A stretch of DNA of 64,000 nt from Monocercomonoides exilis PA203 (Eukaryota > Protista > Preaxostyla): the NCBI GenBank assembly GCA_001643675.2, contig LSRY02000045.1, forward strand, positions 434,001 through 498,000, given 5' to 3'. Positions within the stretch are counted from its first letter, which is position 1. Every line of letters begins with the position of its first letter. The position numbers were made by a program, and so were the translations under genes. The notes under the pieces are model-generated. The model was given only the letters and a program-made list of their open reading frames with translations, had not been told where the DNA came from and did no database searches. Of the stretch, positions 1-11,499 are shown piece after piece.

Positions 1-109
1 AAAGAAGAAAGAAGAGAAAGACAAATCACAATGCACATATGAAAATAAATAAATAAATAAATTTGAAAATTCGCAATCTTTATGAAACAATTCCCAAAAA
101 TATTCGATT

Positions 110-164
<55 letters not shown>

Positions 165-211
165 CTGTTTCTTTCTTTCTCTTTCTTCTTTTCTTCTCTT
201 CCTCTTCATCT

Positions 212-1340
212 TCATCTACATACCGGAGACAGCATCGAAGCATTTGTAAGAGTCCATCCGTGTCTGTTGTGAGTGATGGCAGAGAGAGAAGAGAGAGGGG
301 CAGGCGGAGGGAGAGGGTGGAGAACACACAGAAGATCAGAGAGAAGAAGAGGGGAGAAGAAGAGAGAGGGGGAGGGAGAGGAAGAAGGAGAAGGAAAAGA
401 AGAGGAAGAAGAAGAGGAAGAGGAAGAAGAGGAGGAAGAGGAAGAAGAAGAAAATGATGATGTTGATTGAAATGAACAAGGCGAATAAAGAGGAAGCCAA
501 ATGAATGAAGAATTAATGTTTGAAATGGTTTTGATGTTGTTTTCTTCTTCTTCTTCTTTCTCTTCCGTTTTCTTTGGTTTTCTAAAGCCAAACAAAACAT
601 TTTCATCATCATCATCTTCTTCTTCTTCTTCCTCCTCCTCCTCCTCTCTTTCTTCTCTTTCTTCTTCTCTTTCTCTTTCTCTCTCTTTCTCGATTTCTTT
701 TCTTATTCTTTCTCCTTCTTCTTCCTCTCCCCCTCCTTCACAGATACTTCCTCTTGGTGTTTTCAATGGGTCTATATGAACAACAACTTTATCTTCTTCT
801 TCTCTTCTTTCTCTTCCTTCTCTTCCTCCTCCTTCTTTTCCTCTTCTTTTTCCTTTTCTTCCTCCTTTTCCAACTTCTATTTCTTCTAACATATTCTTCT
901 TCTTCTTCTTCTTTCCTTCTCTTTCTCTTTCTCTTTCCTTCTCCTTCCTCTTCTTCTCTTTCTCCTTCTCCTCCCTTTCTCCTCTTTCTCTCTCCCCCCA
1001 TTCTCTCCACCCTCTCCTCACCACCCCCACCCCTGTCTGATGCAGAACCTCCACACATTTCACCCCAATCGACTCCGAATCAAATCCAACCATGTTTTCC
1101 TTCCCCTTCCCGATTATCCTTCTTGTGACAGCAGCGTCCAAAGAAAGAAGAAGAGCACGGGAATGGTAGGCAAGATGGTTGGGCACCACACGGATGGAGA
1201 GGAGGTGCGGGAGGAAGGAGGAGAAGGAGGAGGAAGAAGAAGAGGAAGAGGAAGAAGATGAGGAAGAGGGAGAGGAGAAAGAGAAAGAAGGGCGACGAGA
1301 AGAAGAGGAGGAGGAGGAAGAAGAAGAGGAAGAAGAAGAA

Positions 1341-1374
<34 letters not shown>

Positions 1375-1573
1375 GTGTGTATGTGGAGGAGAGGGAAGAA
1401 GAATAAGTTGGATGTGGGTCAGAGAAAGAAGGGCGACGAGAAGAAGGAGAAGAAGAGGAGGATGAAGAGGAAGAAGAGGAAGAAGACAAAGGATTTATTG
1501 AAAGATCATTAGCTTTCATAATGTCTTCGTCTTCGTCTTCTTCTGAATCAAGATCTTCTTCTGAGGAAGACAT

Positions 1574-1606
<33 letters not shown>

Positions 1607-1961
1607 TTCCTCTTCTTCCTCTTCTTCTTCCTCTTCACTTTCTTCTTTCTCTTTTTCTTTTCTCCTTCTCTTTTCTCCTCCTCCTCCTTCTTCTTTTATT
1701 TTTTCTTTCATTTTTTCTTTCTCTTTCTCTTTCTCTTTCTCTTTCTCTTTCTCTTTCTCTTTCTCATTTCCCTCTTTCTCCTTCTTCTTCATCTGCAACA
1801 TCAACTCCATCAAAATCTTCTTCTTCAAAATTCTTTCTGTTTCTTTTTCCATTTTCTTTTCTTCTCTTCTTCTTTCTCTTTCTCTTTCTTCTTCATTTCT
1901 TCCTCCTCCTTCTCCTTCTTCCTTCTCTTCTTCTCTTTCTTCCTCTTCTCCTTCTCCCTCT

Positions 1962-1993
<32 letters not shown>

Positions 1994-3517
1994 CACTTCA
2001 TTTGGTTTCCAACACAGAGAAAAGACCAATGCAATCTGTGTGATTGGATCAACTGCTCGAATCACATGTGTTCTCCCTGGGCAGAGAGAAGAAAGAGAGA
2101 AGAAAGAGGAGAAGAGAATGGAAGAAGAAGAGGAAAGAGAAGAAGAAGAAGATGATGATGATGATGATGAAAGAGAAGAAGAAGAAGAAGAAATTGAAGA
2201 TGAAGAATTTTTCTTCTTCTTTTCTTCTTCTTCTTCTTTCTCTTCTGCCACAAGAGAAATAAAAAGATATGGAGGAATTTTTATGTTCTTTTCTTTCTCT
2301 TCTCTTCTTTCTCTTCTTCTTCTTCTTTCTCCTCTTTCACTTTCTCTTCTTTTTCCTTTAAATTTTCTGTTTCTTTTGTTCTTTCCTTCATCTTCATCAT
2401 CATCATCATCTGAATAACCAAATTCATCATAATCATCTTCTTCTTCTCTTTCTTTTCCTCTTCTTTCTCTTCTTTCTCTCTCTCCTTCTTCTTCTTCTTC
2501 TTCTTCTTCTTCTTCATTTTGCATCGTGAATGCAATCTGATCAAAGAAGAATGCTCTCCCTCTCCCATCATCCGCGTCGACTGTCACATTCCCTCTTTTC
2601 GTACCTCCTACTTCTGCATAACTCGAAAATTGTGAAGAAGAAGAAGAATGAGAACGAGAAGAAGAAGAAGAAGAAAATGATTTTTTTTGTTTATAATATT
2701 CTTCTTCTTCTTCTTCTTCTTCTTCTTTTCCATTTCCATGTTTTATCATTCTTAAAAAGTCCCTTTGGTCAACAGAACAAGAAGAACAAACAACAGCACG
2801 CACAAAAAGAGAAGGAGGGAATATTTTTATGGGCTGATGGAAAGGAGAAGAAGGGGAATCATATGGAATGGATGAAGAAGAAGAAGAGGAGGAAGAGGAA
2901 GTAGAAGAGGATGATGATGATGATAAAAGAGAAGAACAAGAAGAAGAAGATAGAGTGAGAGTGCTTGTATTGCAAAGAATACTATTATTATTATTATAAT
3001 TATCATTTTTTGAAGAAGAAGATGATGATGATGAATTCATAGAATCCAGCACTGCCCTCACAGAAGGAATGAATGATGAGCTGTCTTCTTCTCTTATCAC
3101 AGACGTGTCAAACGAATACCTCTTCGACCACTCCATTTGAGGATATATGCATGATGGGTGGTCTGGCGGAGGAGGGAATAAAACGGAGGCGTCTGTCTCT
3201 GCCCACAGCACAAGCAGCTGCAGCACAGACGATTTCCCTCTCTTCTGAATGCAGTCTCGCTTGGAGATGGATAATGAAGGGCTTGCACGAGGAATTGGAG
3301 CGATGAAAGAAAATGACTGAAGATGGCGAATGGTGACGAGAACTGATCCAATGAATCGCTTGCCGTTATTATTTGAAATGTGTTCATTGCTTGATTTTCT
3401 GAGATCACGAAGATGGATTGTTTTATGAATTGGGATGTGTTTTTTCAATTTCTCCAAAGTTTTTCTACTAATGCTTCTTTTCCAATATCCTACCGCGGAC
3501 ATTTCTTTGTTTTCCAC
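212..3517 (-). CDS. Large exon of a hypothetical low-complexity (poly-Ser/poly-Glu/Lys-Glu) protein; probably spliced at both ends
   Basis: 1101-aa stop-free frame, open upstream to ~3605 where a T-rich ...AG acceptor-like site lies. A GTATGT donor-like site at 223-218 (minus strand) just precedes the stop. No recognisable domain. Confidence 0.7.
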
Positions 3518-4262
3518 TTCTCTTGAAAGAACGCTTTCATTTTTAAAGCTCCATAACTTGCATATAAACGACGGATTCGAAGAAAATGAAGACGGAATAA
3601 CTTTTCAAAAAAAAAAAAATACGTTAAAAAAAATATTTAACAGCAGTTAAGTGCACAATTTTTAAACTCCACAGCATACAAAAATCGAAATATTTCCTGG
3701 AAAATACAGGACAATCAGAAAATTCGCTTGGAGGAGAAAACAAGAAATTTGGGTTTGAGGAGTTTGTTTGGATTGCAAATGAAATACACGTTTTTAATGG
3801 TTGCTAAAATGTGCCAAATATAGAAATAGCAAACATTGATTTTTGTAAAATCACAATTTTATTCTTAAATCATCAAAATATTCAAAAATGAGCAAACTTT
3901 TAATTCCACTCCAACAAGACTTATTCGGATAATATCCTGGAAATTTCTTTGCGCACATAAATCCGAATAATGCATGTGCTATTGAGGTTAGATTGATTTT
4001 CCAAAAAAATTGATTTTTGAGTCAACTTTAGAAAACGGTTATTCGCCTAACTATAATGGTATCTGACCCTTCATTTAAATTTTGGTGAATCAGAATCAAA
4101 TATTGTTATTGTTTTTCGTTTAGGAATTTGTGAGGTTTTTCGAATTTTAATGAAATGAGATATAACGATATTTATGATTTATTATCCGTTAAATGAAACA
4201 AAAATTTATCATATATTTTGACAACTTTTTGATTTATAGAATTTGTATTTTTGATAAAAGCA

Positions 4263-5297
4263 ATGATTTTATTCTTATTATTATCCATACAAATTTGTCG
4301 CGCGACAGACTTGAAGGACTTTGATCTGAGCAACCTAACGAGAGAACTGTTTTCAATAATATTTTTTCGATTTCTAAATGTATTTTTCTCTTCTCATATA
4401 GGGATGATCCTTACACATTCACAGATAATGAAAAGGTTGTCCGTTTTAATTTCCGGGGGAAAGTTGGGTTAAGAGATGACATTACCACATGTGGAGATGA
4501 TGATTGTATTTTCCAAGTTATTTATGATACTGAACCCCCCCTTTGCGATTGTTATGGGGTTCTTTCAACAGAAGAACCAGGCTTTTTTCCAGATGATAAA
4601 GGAATCATTTTGAATTGTTTGCTTTACCAATTTCACATTTTTATTTTTAGAAATGACATTTTTTTAGATGAATATCGTGGAGAATATTGGAATAGGACTG
4701 CTGAGCTGGATTTTAAGTGCAGTAAATCGGAAAAAAGTCCCTTTGCAACATTGATATCAAAGTGTGAAACGAATTATGTCTGAATTTTAAAGGATTTAAT
4801 TTAATTTGATCATTAAAGTAATCGAATAATTATTGAATGGAATCATCCTCAAGGTTGTCCCAAGTCAAAGCCGGATCCTAATCCTGATAATCCTAATGAT
4901 CCAAATAAGAAAAAGGATTCCAAGAAAAAACTTAGTTTTGGATCAATAATGTTGATTATCTTTTCTGTTCTCCTTGTTGTATATTTTGCTGCTGGAATTC
5001 CTTTAATGGTGTGAAATCGATGTGTATTTTTAAAAAAAAACAAAAAATTAATTATAATTGTTGTTATTTTTAATAATCATGTTGGCATTTTATTTTATGT
5101 TATTACTACTGAAATTTTTGTATTGTAAATGAACAAATTGATGAATTTAGCACTTTGCCTTCAAGAAAAGTGGGTTGGAAATGATTCCTTTCATTGGCTT
5201 TTGGAAATGTTTGCCTGGGCTTGTAATTGACGGAGTTAAGTTTTGCTTGTCCCCTTGTATAAAATCAAAAGGGGGATATACTAATGTTAAAGATTAA
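4263..5297 (+). CDS. ATG27 / cation-dependent mannose-6-phosphate-receptor-like type I membrane protein; 5 exons (4263-4348, 4402-4616, 4668-4761, 4819-5008, 5151-5297)
   Basis: Manual splicing of four GT-AG introns gives one open frame: signal peptide MILFLLLSIQICRA; MRH-like motifs FDLSNL, ILNYEYRG...RTAELDFKC, IEWNHPQGCP; TM segment FGSIMLIIFSVLLVVYFAAGIPLM; cytosolic tail SGLEMIPFIGFWKCLPGLVIDGVKF and a YTNV sorting motif. Confidence 0.8.
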
Positions 5298-6073
5298 AGA
5301 TGTAACTGTTGATAAGTTGTTTGCATTTCACATCTTTCTTACTTTATTTCTTTCTTTCTATTTGATATTTCGTTTTTTGTTTAACTTTGACATGATAGAT
5401 GAACGTTCCTTTTAAGTTTTTAGAAATTTACAAATTTTTATATCTTTTTCAAATTCATATAAATTAATTTCATATTTATCTTTTCCTGTATTTTAATATA
5501 TTTTTCAGTTTGTTTTTCAAACGAGAGTAAGTATCTTTTTATTTGGATTTGTTATGTGCTTTTCTTTTTAAAAATTATGTGAATAAACACAACAAAATTG
5601 AAATGATTAAGTCTTTTGGGTGAGCGTTGTGAATGCATAAAACATCGACTTTGGGATTTGAGATTTGAGATTTGAGAATAATTCGAGCACAACTTGTTTG
5701 TTTGGGGAGGAAAAATGTTCCAATTTCAACATAATTGTTTTTGATAGACGAAAGAAAGATGGATGTTCGTTGAGAAGATCATTGAATATTGGTGATCATC
5801 CTCATTGTCCTTATAAATTCAGTATCAAAAAAATATACACAATGCTCAACCCTAACCCCCAAACTACTGTGCAGAACTCAAAGAAAACATGAGATTAAAA
5901 TAGAGTTTGTTAAAGAATCGTTTTTCCAAAATCCTCAAAAATTCAACAAGAAAGGACTCAAATAAAATTTATTATTTCGAGCTTTGATTTTTTCTGTCAA
6001 GCTTTTTATTCACAAAAAAGAAAAAGTTTGTTCGGTAAACATTTAAAAAAATATTGTTTTTTTCTTTTCAAAT

Positions 6074-6331
6074 GGGTGATTATTTTTGAAATCATATCTT
6101 TTTTCGGGGTGTTGATTTTTCAAAGATTGTTTGTTTTTTGAAAGAAAATTTTAATTCAAAAGAGAAAAAGCATGATAATTGTTTTTTGAAACAAATGTTT
6201 TTTCCGAATTGAAGATTTAAATGCATTCAATAAGCCTTTTCACTTTTCAATTTTTATTCTATTGATATTCAAGAAATATTTTTGCACCAAAATTTTTGAA
6301 TGAAGTAATATGATTTCAAAAATAATCACAC
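6074..6331. mobile_element. 258-bp MITE with 24-bp TIRs and 4-bp AAAT target duplication
   Basis: GGGTGATTATTTTTGAAATCATAT at 6074 and its reverse complement (1 mismatch) ending at 6331; AAAT directly repeated at 6070-6073 and 6332-6335. Confidence 0.7.
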
Positions 6332-6535
6332 AAATTTTTAAATTGTGAAAACCTGGTCGATTTGAGTTTTTTTGAAATATGACATTTTTTCCAGACCAAT
6401 TCAATTCAGAAAAGACAAATAAAAGTTGAAAGTGAATGTTTATTCATCACTTTTCACCAAATTAAAAGAATGAAATTTTGTTTATATGATAAATTCTTGT
6501 TTATTATTTTAAATAATTTTTATTTATCTATTTTT

Positions 6536-6940
6536 AGTTAGCGTTAAAAATGGTGAACACTTTTCCTAACTGTGTACAGTCGCATTATCTCAGCAACCAT
6601 TGATAGTTGCTTTTTGACAATTAACCCAATTATTCCCTCAATGAATATGAACTTATAAGACATACAGAAATGAAACAACTTGCTCTTCAAAATCAAGAAA
6701 ATAGCATTTTTAATTTTCGGAGAAACCCAAAGAAATTAAAATCTCAAATTTTCTCCGAAAATTTTTAATGTATTTTTTCATTATTCTTGGGAGCAAATTG
6801 TTTCATTTCTGTATGTCTTATAAGTTCATATTCATTGAGGGAATAATTGAGTTAATTGTCAAAAAGCAACTATCAATGGTTGTTGAGATAATGCGACTGT
6901 CCACAGTTATGAAAAGTGTTCACCATCATTAACACTAACT
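6536..6940. mobile_element. ~400-bp foldback (hairpin) element, ~190-bp arms
   Basis: 6536-~6724 is the reverse complement of ~6750-6940 (e.g. TGGTGAACACTTTTC / GAAAAGTGTTCACCA); outer arms near identical, inner arms degenerate, ~25-bp loop. Confidence 0.75.
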
Positions 6941-7935
6941 GTACACTTTTTTCAAAGACTCTATTTCTTAATATAACTACAGATTTTCATATTTTCAAAA
7001 TAATTTTTTATTAATGAGATTTTTGTTAAATATTTGTTTCTGCAATAACAACATCACAAACAACGAGTACTGAAAGTTTCGTTCAATTTTTCAAAACCCC
7101 ATTGAGATAATAATTCTGATCAAAACTTGAACGAAAGTGTGATTTCAAAAAGAATCAGCCATATATATATATATAAGTTATCAAAACTATTGCACCAAAA
7201 ATTATTCAAAATCGAAAAACTTTCAATCAAAGTCGAAAGTTCAAATAACTTCAAATTTTCAAAAAGTTGACAAAAATCAATAAAAGACAAAAAACATTTT
7301 TATTGTTAAAATTTCAATGATACTGTTATTTCTCCAAGTTTTCATCTTTTTTCTTGCATATGTCTAAATTTTTTTGAAAAGTTCATTTTGTTCAATTTTC
7401 AAATTTTTTGAAAATTTTGTTTTTCAATCAAATTTCTGTAACCGCTCACGAAACTTCACTAAAATGGAAACACAAAAATTGTCCAAATTTTATACACTTG
7501 TCAGGAAAATTTGGTGAGTGGTAACAGAAATTTGATTAAAATATATAATTTATATTCAATTGGCAAATTATACAAAAGGAACTTTTCAAAAAAATTTTGA
7601 CAAATTTTTGGGCTTCCTTTTGTCCAATTGCAAAATTTTAAAAATGAGAGAAATACTGACATATTTTTATCATATTTCAATTGAAAGAACACAACTATTT
7701 AAAAGATTTGCTAAAAAACTCTTTTGTTTATTTTACGAATTTCATGAAGAATGATAAGTGCAGAATTGACTCCGTTATTATGTGTTTTTTTATCACAAAA
7801 TACTCATCTCTTTTGAAATGAAACGAATGTTAAAAATCTTGTTTCGAATTGTATTTTGAGTTCGTTTTTGGTTTGACAATTTTTTTGTTCGCAGTAAACA
7901 TTTTCACAAATATTGTGAAATTTTTTCTTTAATAT

Positions 7936-8204
7936 GGGGGAAAATATAAACTTTTAAGCTTTTTTTGCACAAAGGACAAAAAAATTGCTTCACTCATAAC
8001 TTTATTTCGCTTTCTCAGATTTCAAAACAAATTTGATTTTCATATCCGTAAACAGGTATCGTTGAAATCAAAATATAAAGTTTTCCAACAATTCACGAAT
8101 GTCAAAAAATAAACACAATTTTTTTGTGTTTTTTGAAGAAATAAAAATCAATGATAAGTGCATAATTTTTCAATGAAAATCCCTGAAGCAGAATATTTAG
8201 CCCC
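7936..8204. mobile_element. 269-bp MITE (GGGG...CCCC termini, ATAT target duplication)
   Basis: ATAT|GGGGGAAAATA ... TATTTAGCCCC|ATAT; internal sequence clearly homologous to the inserts at 38589-38856 and 39119-39386 (e.g. GATTTTCATATCCGTAAACAGG). Confidence 0.75.
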
Positions 8205-8824
8205 ATATAAGAATAAAAATTTTCTTCACTTGAATTATCTTTACAAAACATTAATTTTTCATTATTTAAATTTCGATTTCTTTTGAAAGTTTTTCGATTT
8301 CGTTTGTTACTTTTTCGTCGTTGAATGAAAGTTTTACGGCTTTGAATGATTTTTGGTGTATTTGATAGACAAAATTTGATTTATATTCATTATTCATTTT
8401 TTCCACATAGGATATATAATTTTTTGATGGATAAATTATTGAATGAGAACTGATATTTTTTTTATATTTTCAAAAATTTTGGCTCTTTGTGTCACAACAT
8501 TTTTGTTCAAAAATTGGAAAATAAACATTTTTCTTATTTTTAACAATTTTCATATTTTCATTATTTGTAAAAGTTAAAAAATTCATCACATATCATAAAA
8601 CTCAAGAAATCTTCAATTGTTTTTTAAAATATTTGTGCAAAAAGTTTGTTGATTTGTTCTTTATTCTCGTTTCAACAAAATACTCAATAAAAGCTATCTG
8701 CAAATCCACATTTTTTATATTCATCTCCTTTTTCTCATCTGAATCCTTCATTTCTTCGAAAATGCTTCAACTAGATTTCTTCATCATTCTCATCATTCTT
8801 CTTCTTTTGCTTGCCATCCCGTTT

Positions 8825-10756
8825 CTAACTTGTCTCATGACCTGCACCCAGCTGTCCGCTCTTCACACTGAACAGCGTTGTCGAAGAGGTCGAAAGAGAA
8901 TTTGTCCCAATCACACTCGCTGTCTTCCCTCTCCCAACAACTGAAATCTTCTTTTCCCCAACACTGATCGTCTTCTCTTCGCTCACATGCCTCCCACCCA
9001 GAACTGTGATTGTCGAGCTCAGCTGCACCATGCTCGACCCCACTGCATGTCCCACTGTCTTGCAAGGTGCTGCCTCACTCATCCCACACAGATTGCTCGT
9101 GTCACTTCCACTCACCCCAACATATCTATCTTTCATCCCTTCCTTCAACCACTCCTTCTTTTCTGTATGCTGATAACCATTATAATAATAGCACACTCTC
9201 CTGTCATTTGTATTCGTTGTATATGATTCATAGAATGGGTTATTCGATGAAAAGAGATTGTAATTGTCTTGAAAATACACATCGTGGCCATACGGAGTGG
9301 AAGCGTTGCAACTGCAATCGTGGAAGAAGAAGAAATAGCAATAAAGGTTGTTGCTTGGAGGTGTTGACTGATATGGCCTGAAATCCAATCCTCCGCCATA
9401 TGACACTGCTGAACACGAAATGAACTGGAGGCTCCTCATTTTGAATGCAGCTGGAACACCGTAGCAATACATCCCTCCGCCAACAGTATTTGTAAGAGTA
9501 CACGAAATGAATGAGCACTCAAACACACAAGCACTCTCGCCTTTCCCATTTTCTGTTCCAATACATGAAGATCCAGAAACCTGAAAAGAATTAAGATAAA
9601 GTCCTCCTCCATAGCCACTTGCTTTACAGTTCTGGAATTCACAACCACTGATCCTGACACATGTTGAAATCGAATAAGCATATATCCCTCCTCCATAATT
9701 ATTTTTTGCAGTACAAGCATTGAATGAGTTGTTCTCAATCTTGATGGAATTGATAGAACGACACATAATTCCACCACCACAACAATGCGCATAGCAGTCG
9801 TTGAACGAACAAAATTTCACTGAAAGTGTCCCAGCTGCCAGATTATACATATTAATGGCCCCTCCACTTGATATTCCATCTGTAACTGAATTGCTTGTCC
9901 CTGTTGTATTTGACCCATTCCACACACACCAAGTGAACGAATTTGCCCCATTGTCTGTCTGATTCTGTCTCGCTTGTTTCGATGGATTCCCTTCACTCCC
10001 GCTGACTGCAACATTCTGAGACCGATAGCACCTGACAAACGAGGTGTTCGAGACAGCCAAAGACGATGAAGGGCTGTTGAGCGAGGGGACAATGCCCCCA
10101 TCATACACATCCCACACCGATGAAAATGTGCACCCACTCATCAGAAACACTCTTTGGCTCAGCCCTTCACCCAATTGTCTTGTTTTCGGTGGATTTGTGG
10201 AGATGTTGAAGAAGGTCAGCTGCGTGAGTGTCACAAGGGGTGTCAAGGGAGGTGCCAGAAACGGGACTGAAGACACACAAAAAGATGAGAAATCCGACTC
10301 ACTCACCAATACACTCCCTCCTCCTTCACTTCCTTCTTCACTTCCTTCTCCTCTTCCTTCTCCACCTCTTCTTCCTCTGCCTCCTCCTTGTCCTCCTCTC
10401 TCTCCTCCTTCACCTCTTCCGCTTCCTCTTCCCCATCCTCCTATTCCTCTTCCTCCACCACCTTCTCTCTCACTCATCTTCTGTCCCATCCTCCCCTCTC
10501 CTCCAAACAGTCTCCCACACACATTTCCTCCTCTTCCAACCCCTCTCAGCGTGATGTTCCAAAACACCCCTCTGCACCCGCCCAGCTCAAACACCCCCGC
10601 CTCCTTGCCTCTCCCCATCTCCACACCACATCCCCTCACCACAACCACACTCCCCCTCATTCCACACACTGAACAACAATTATCATAATTCTCCAATAAA
10701 ATTTGATTTAACTCAACCGACGGGTTCAATAACTCCCTCACAAAAAAATATCTCAT
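8825..10756 (-). CDS. Cys/Gly-rich parallel beta-helix (pectin-lyase/Pmp-like) family protein, copy 1; 3'-truncated
   Basis: 643-aa ORF with a Gly/Arg/Glu linker, repeated F-x-x-C-x-A...GGG[IML]Y rungs and a YVGVSG.D...CG....PCKTVGHA motif; leaves the family alignment after GQLG.GH. Confidence 0.7.
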   Translation of the reverse strand: MRYFFVRELLNPSVELNQILLENYDNCCSVCGMRGSVVVVRGCGVEMGRGKEAGVFELGGCRGVFWNITLRGVGRGGNVCGRLFGGEGRMGQKMSEREGGGGRGIGGWGRGSGRGEGGERGGQGGGRGRRGGEGRGEGSEEGSEGGGSVLVSESDFSSFCVSSVPFLAPPLTPLVTLTQLTFFNISTNPPKTRQLGEGLSQRVFLMSGCTFSSVWDVYDGGIVPSLNSPSSSLAVSNTSFVRCYRSQNVAVSGSEGNPSKQARQNQTDNGANSFTWCVWNGSNTTGTSNSVTDGISSGGAINMYNLAAGTLSVKFCSFNDCYAHCCGGGIMCRSINSIKIENNSFNACTAKNNYGGGIYAYSISTCVRISGCEFQNCKASGYGGGLYLNSFQVSGSSCIGTENGKGESACVFECSFISCTLTNTVGGGMYCYGVPAAFKMRSLQFISCSAVSYGGGLDFRPYQSTPPSNNLYCYFFFFHDCSCNASTPYGHDVYFQDNYNLFSSNNPFYESYTTNTNDRRVCYYYNGYQHTEKKEWLKEGMKDRYVGVSGSDTSNLCGMSEAAPCKTVGHAVGSSMVQLSSTITVLGGRHVSEEKTISVGEKKISVVGRGKTASVIGTNSLSTSSTTLFSVKSGQLGAGHETS

Positions 10757-11499
10757 CTTCTTCCTTTTTCCAACTTTTCTTCAAATATCTCTAAAAAATC
10801 ATATCTCTGATTTTCCCGCTCCCTTCTTTCTTCGCCTCCATCAGATTTTCATAAGTTTTCTTTTTCAATCGAATTTCCAAAAAAAAATATCTTTTTCTTC
10901 TCAATCATTTGCCAAATTTCTTCTTCGGCCTTATCATCATTTTCTATTTCCCTCTTTTTGCTTTGAACAAGATTCGTCCTATATGTCTTCCAAAACCTTC
11001 AAAAATTTTTTATCTTCTTTTCCATTCATTTCATTTATATTTTGCACCTGCTCATTTCCATATGCGCCCCTTCATTTATTATTTCCTGACTTCTTAAAGG
11101 CACCCAATATGCTTTTTTTTCCATTTTCATTCATTGCCATTGATCACTCGTTCAAAAATCCTAATTTCATAATATATATGTATATACATAAAAAGTTGTG
11201 GGAAAAAATACAAAACATACTCTAAAATATAGTTTTAGCCAACCTTCACACACTTTCTTCTTCTTCGAGTGCTTCTCAAAATATTGTTCTTTTCTGCACA
11301 AAACTCACCTTTACTGACTCCGCTGCCAATTTCATTACCAACGAAAGTGATTCTGTTCTGCTTCCAACTACTTGCTCATTTCCAATCTCCTGTTCTGCTT
11401 CCACTGGAATAACTCTAATAATAAAAATGCTTCAACATAATTTTAATGAAGAAGAAGATAATGACCAAGAAGGGATAAAATTGTCATATAATTTCAATT

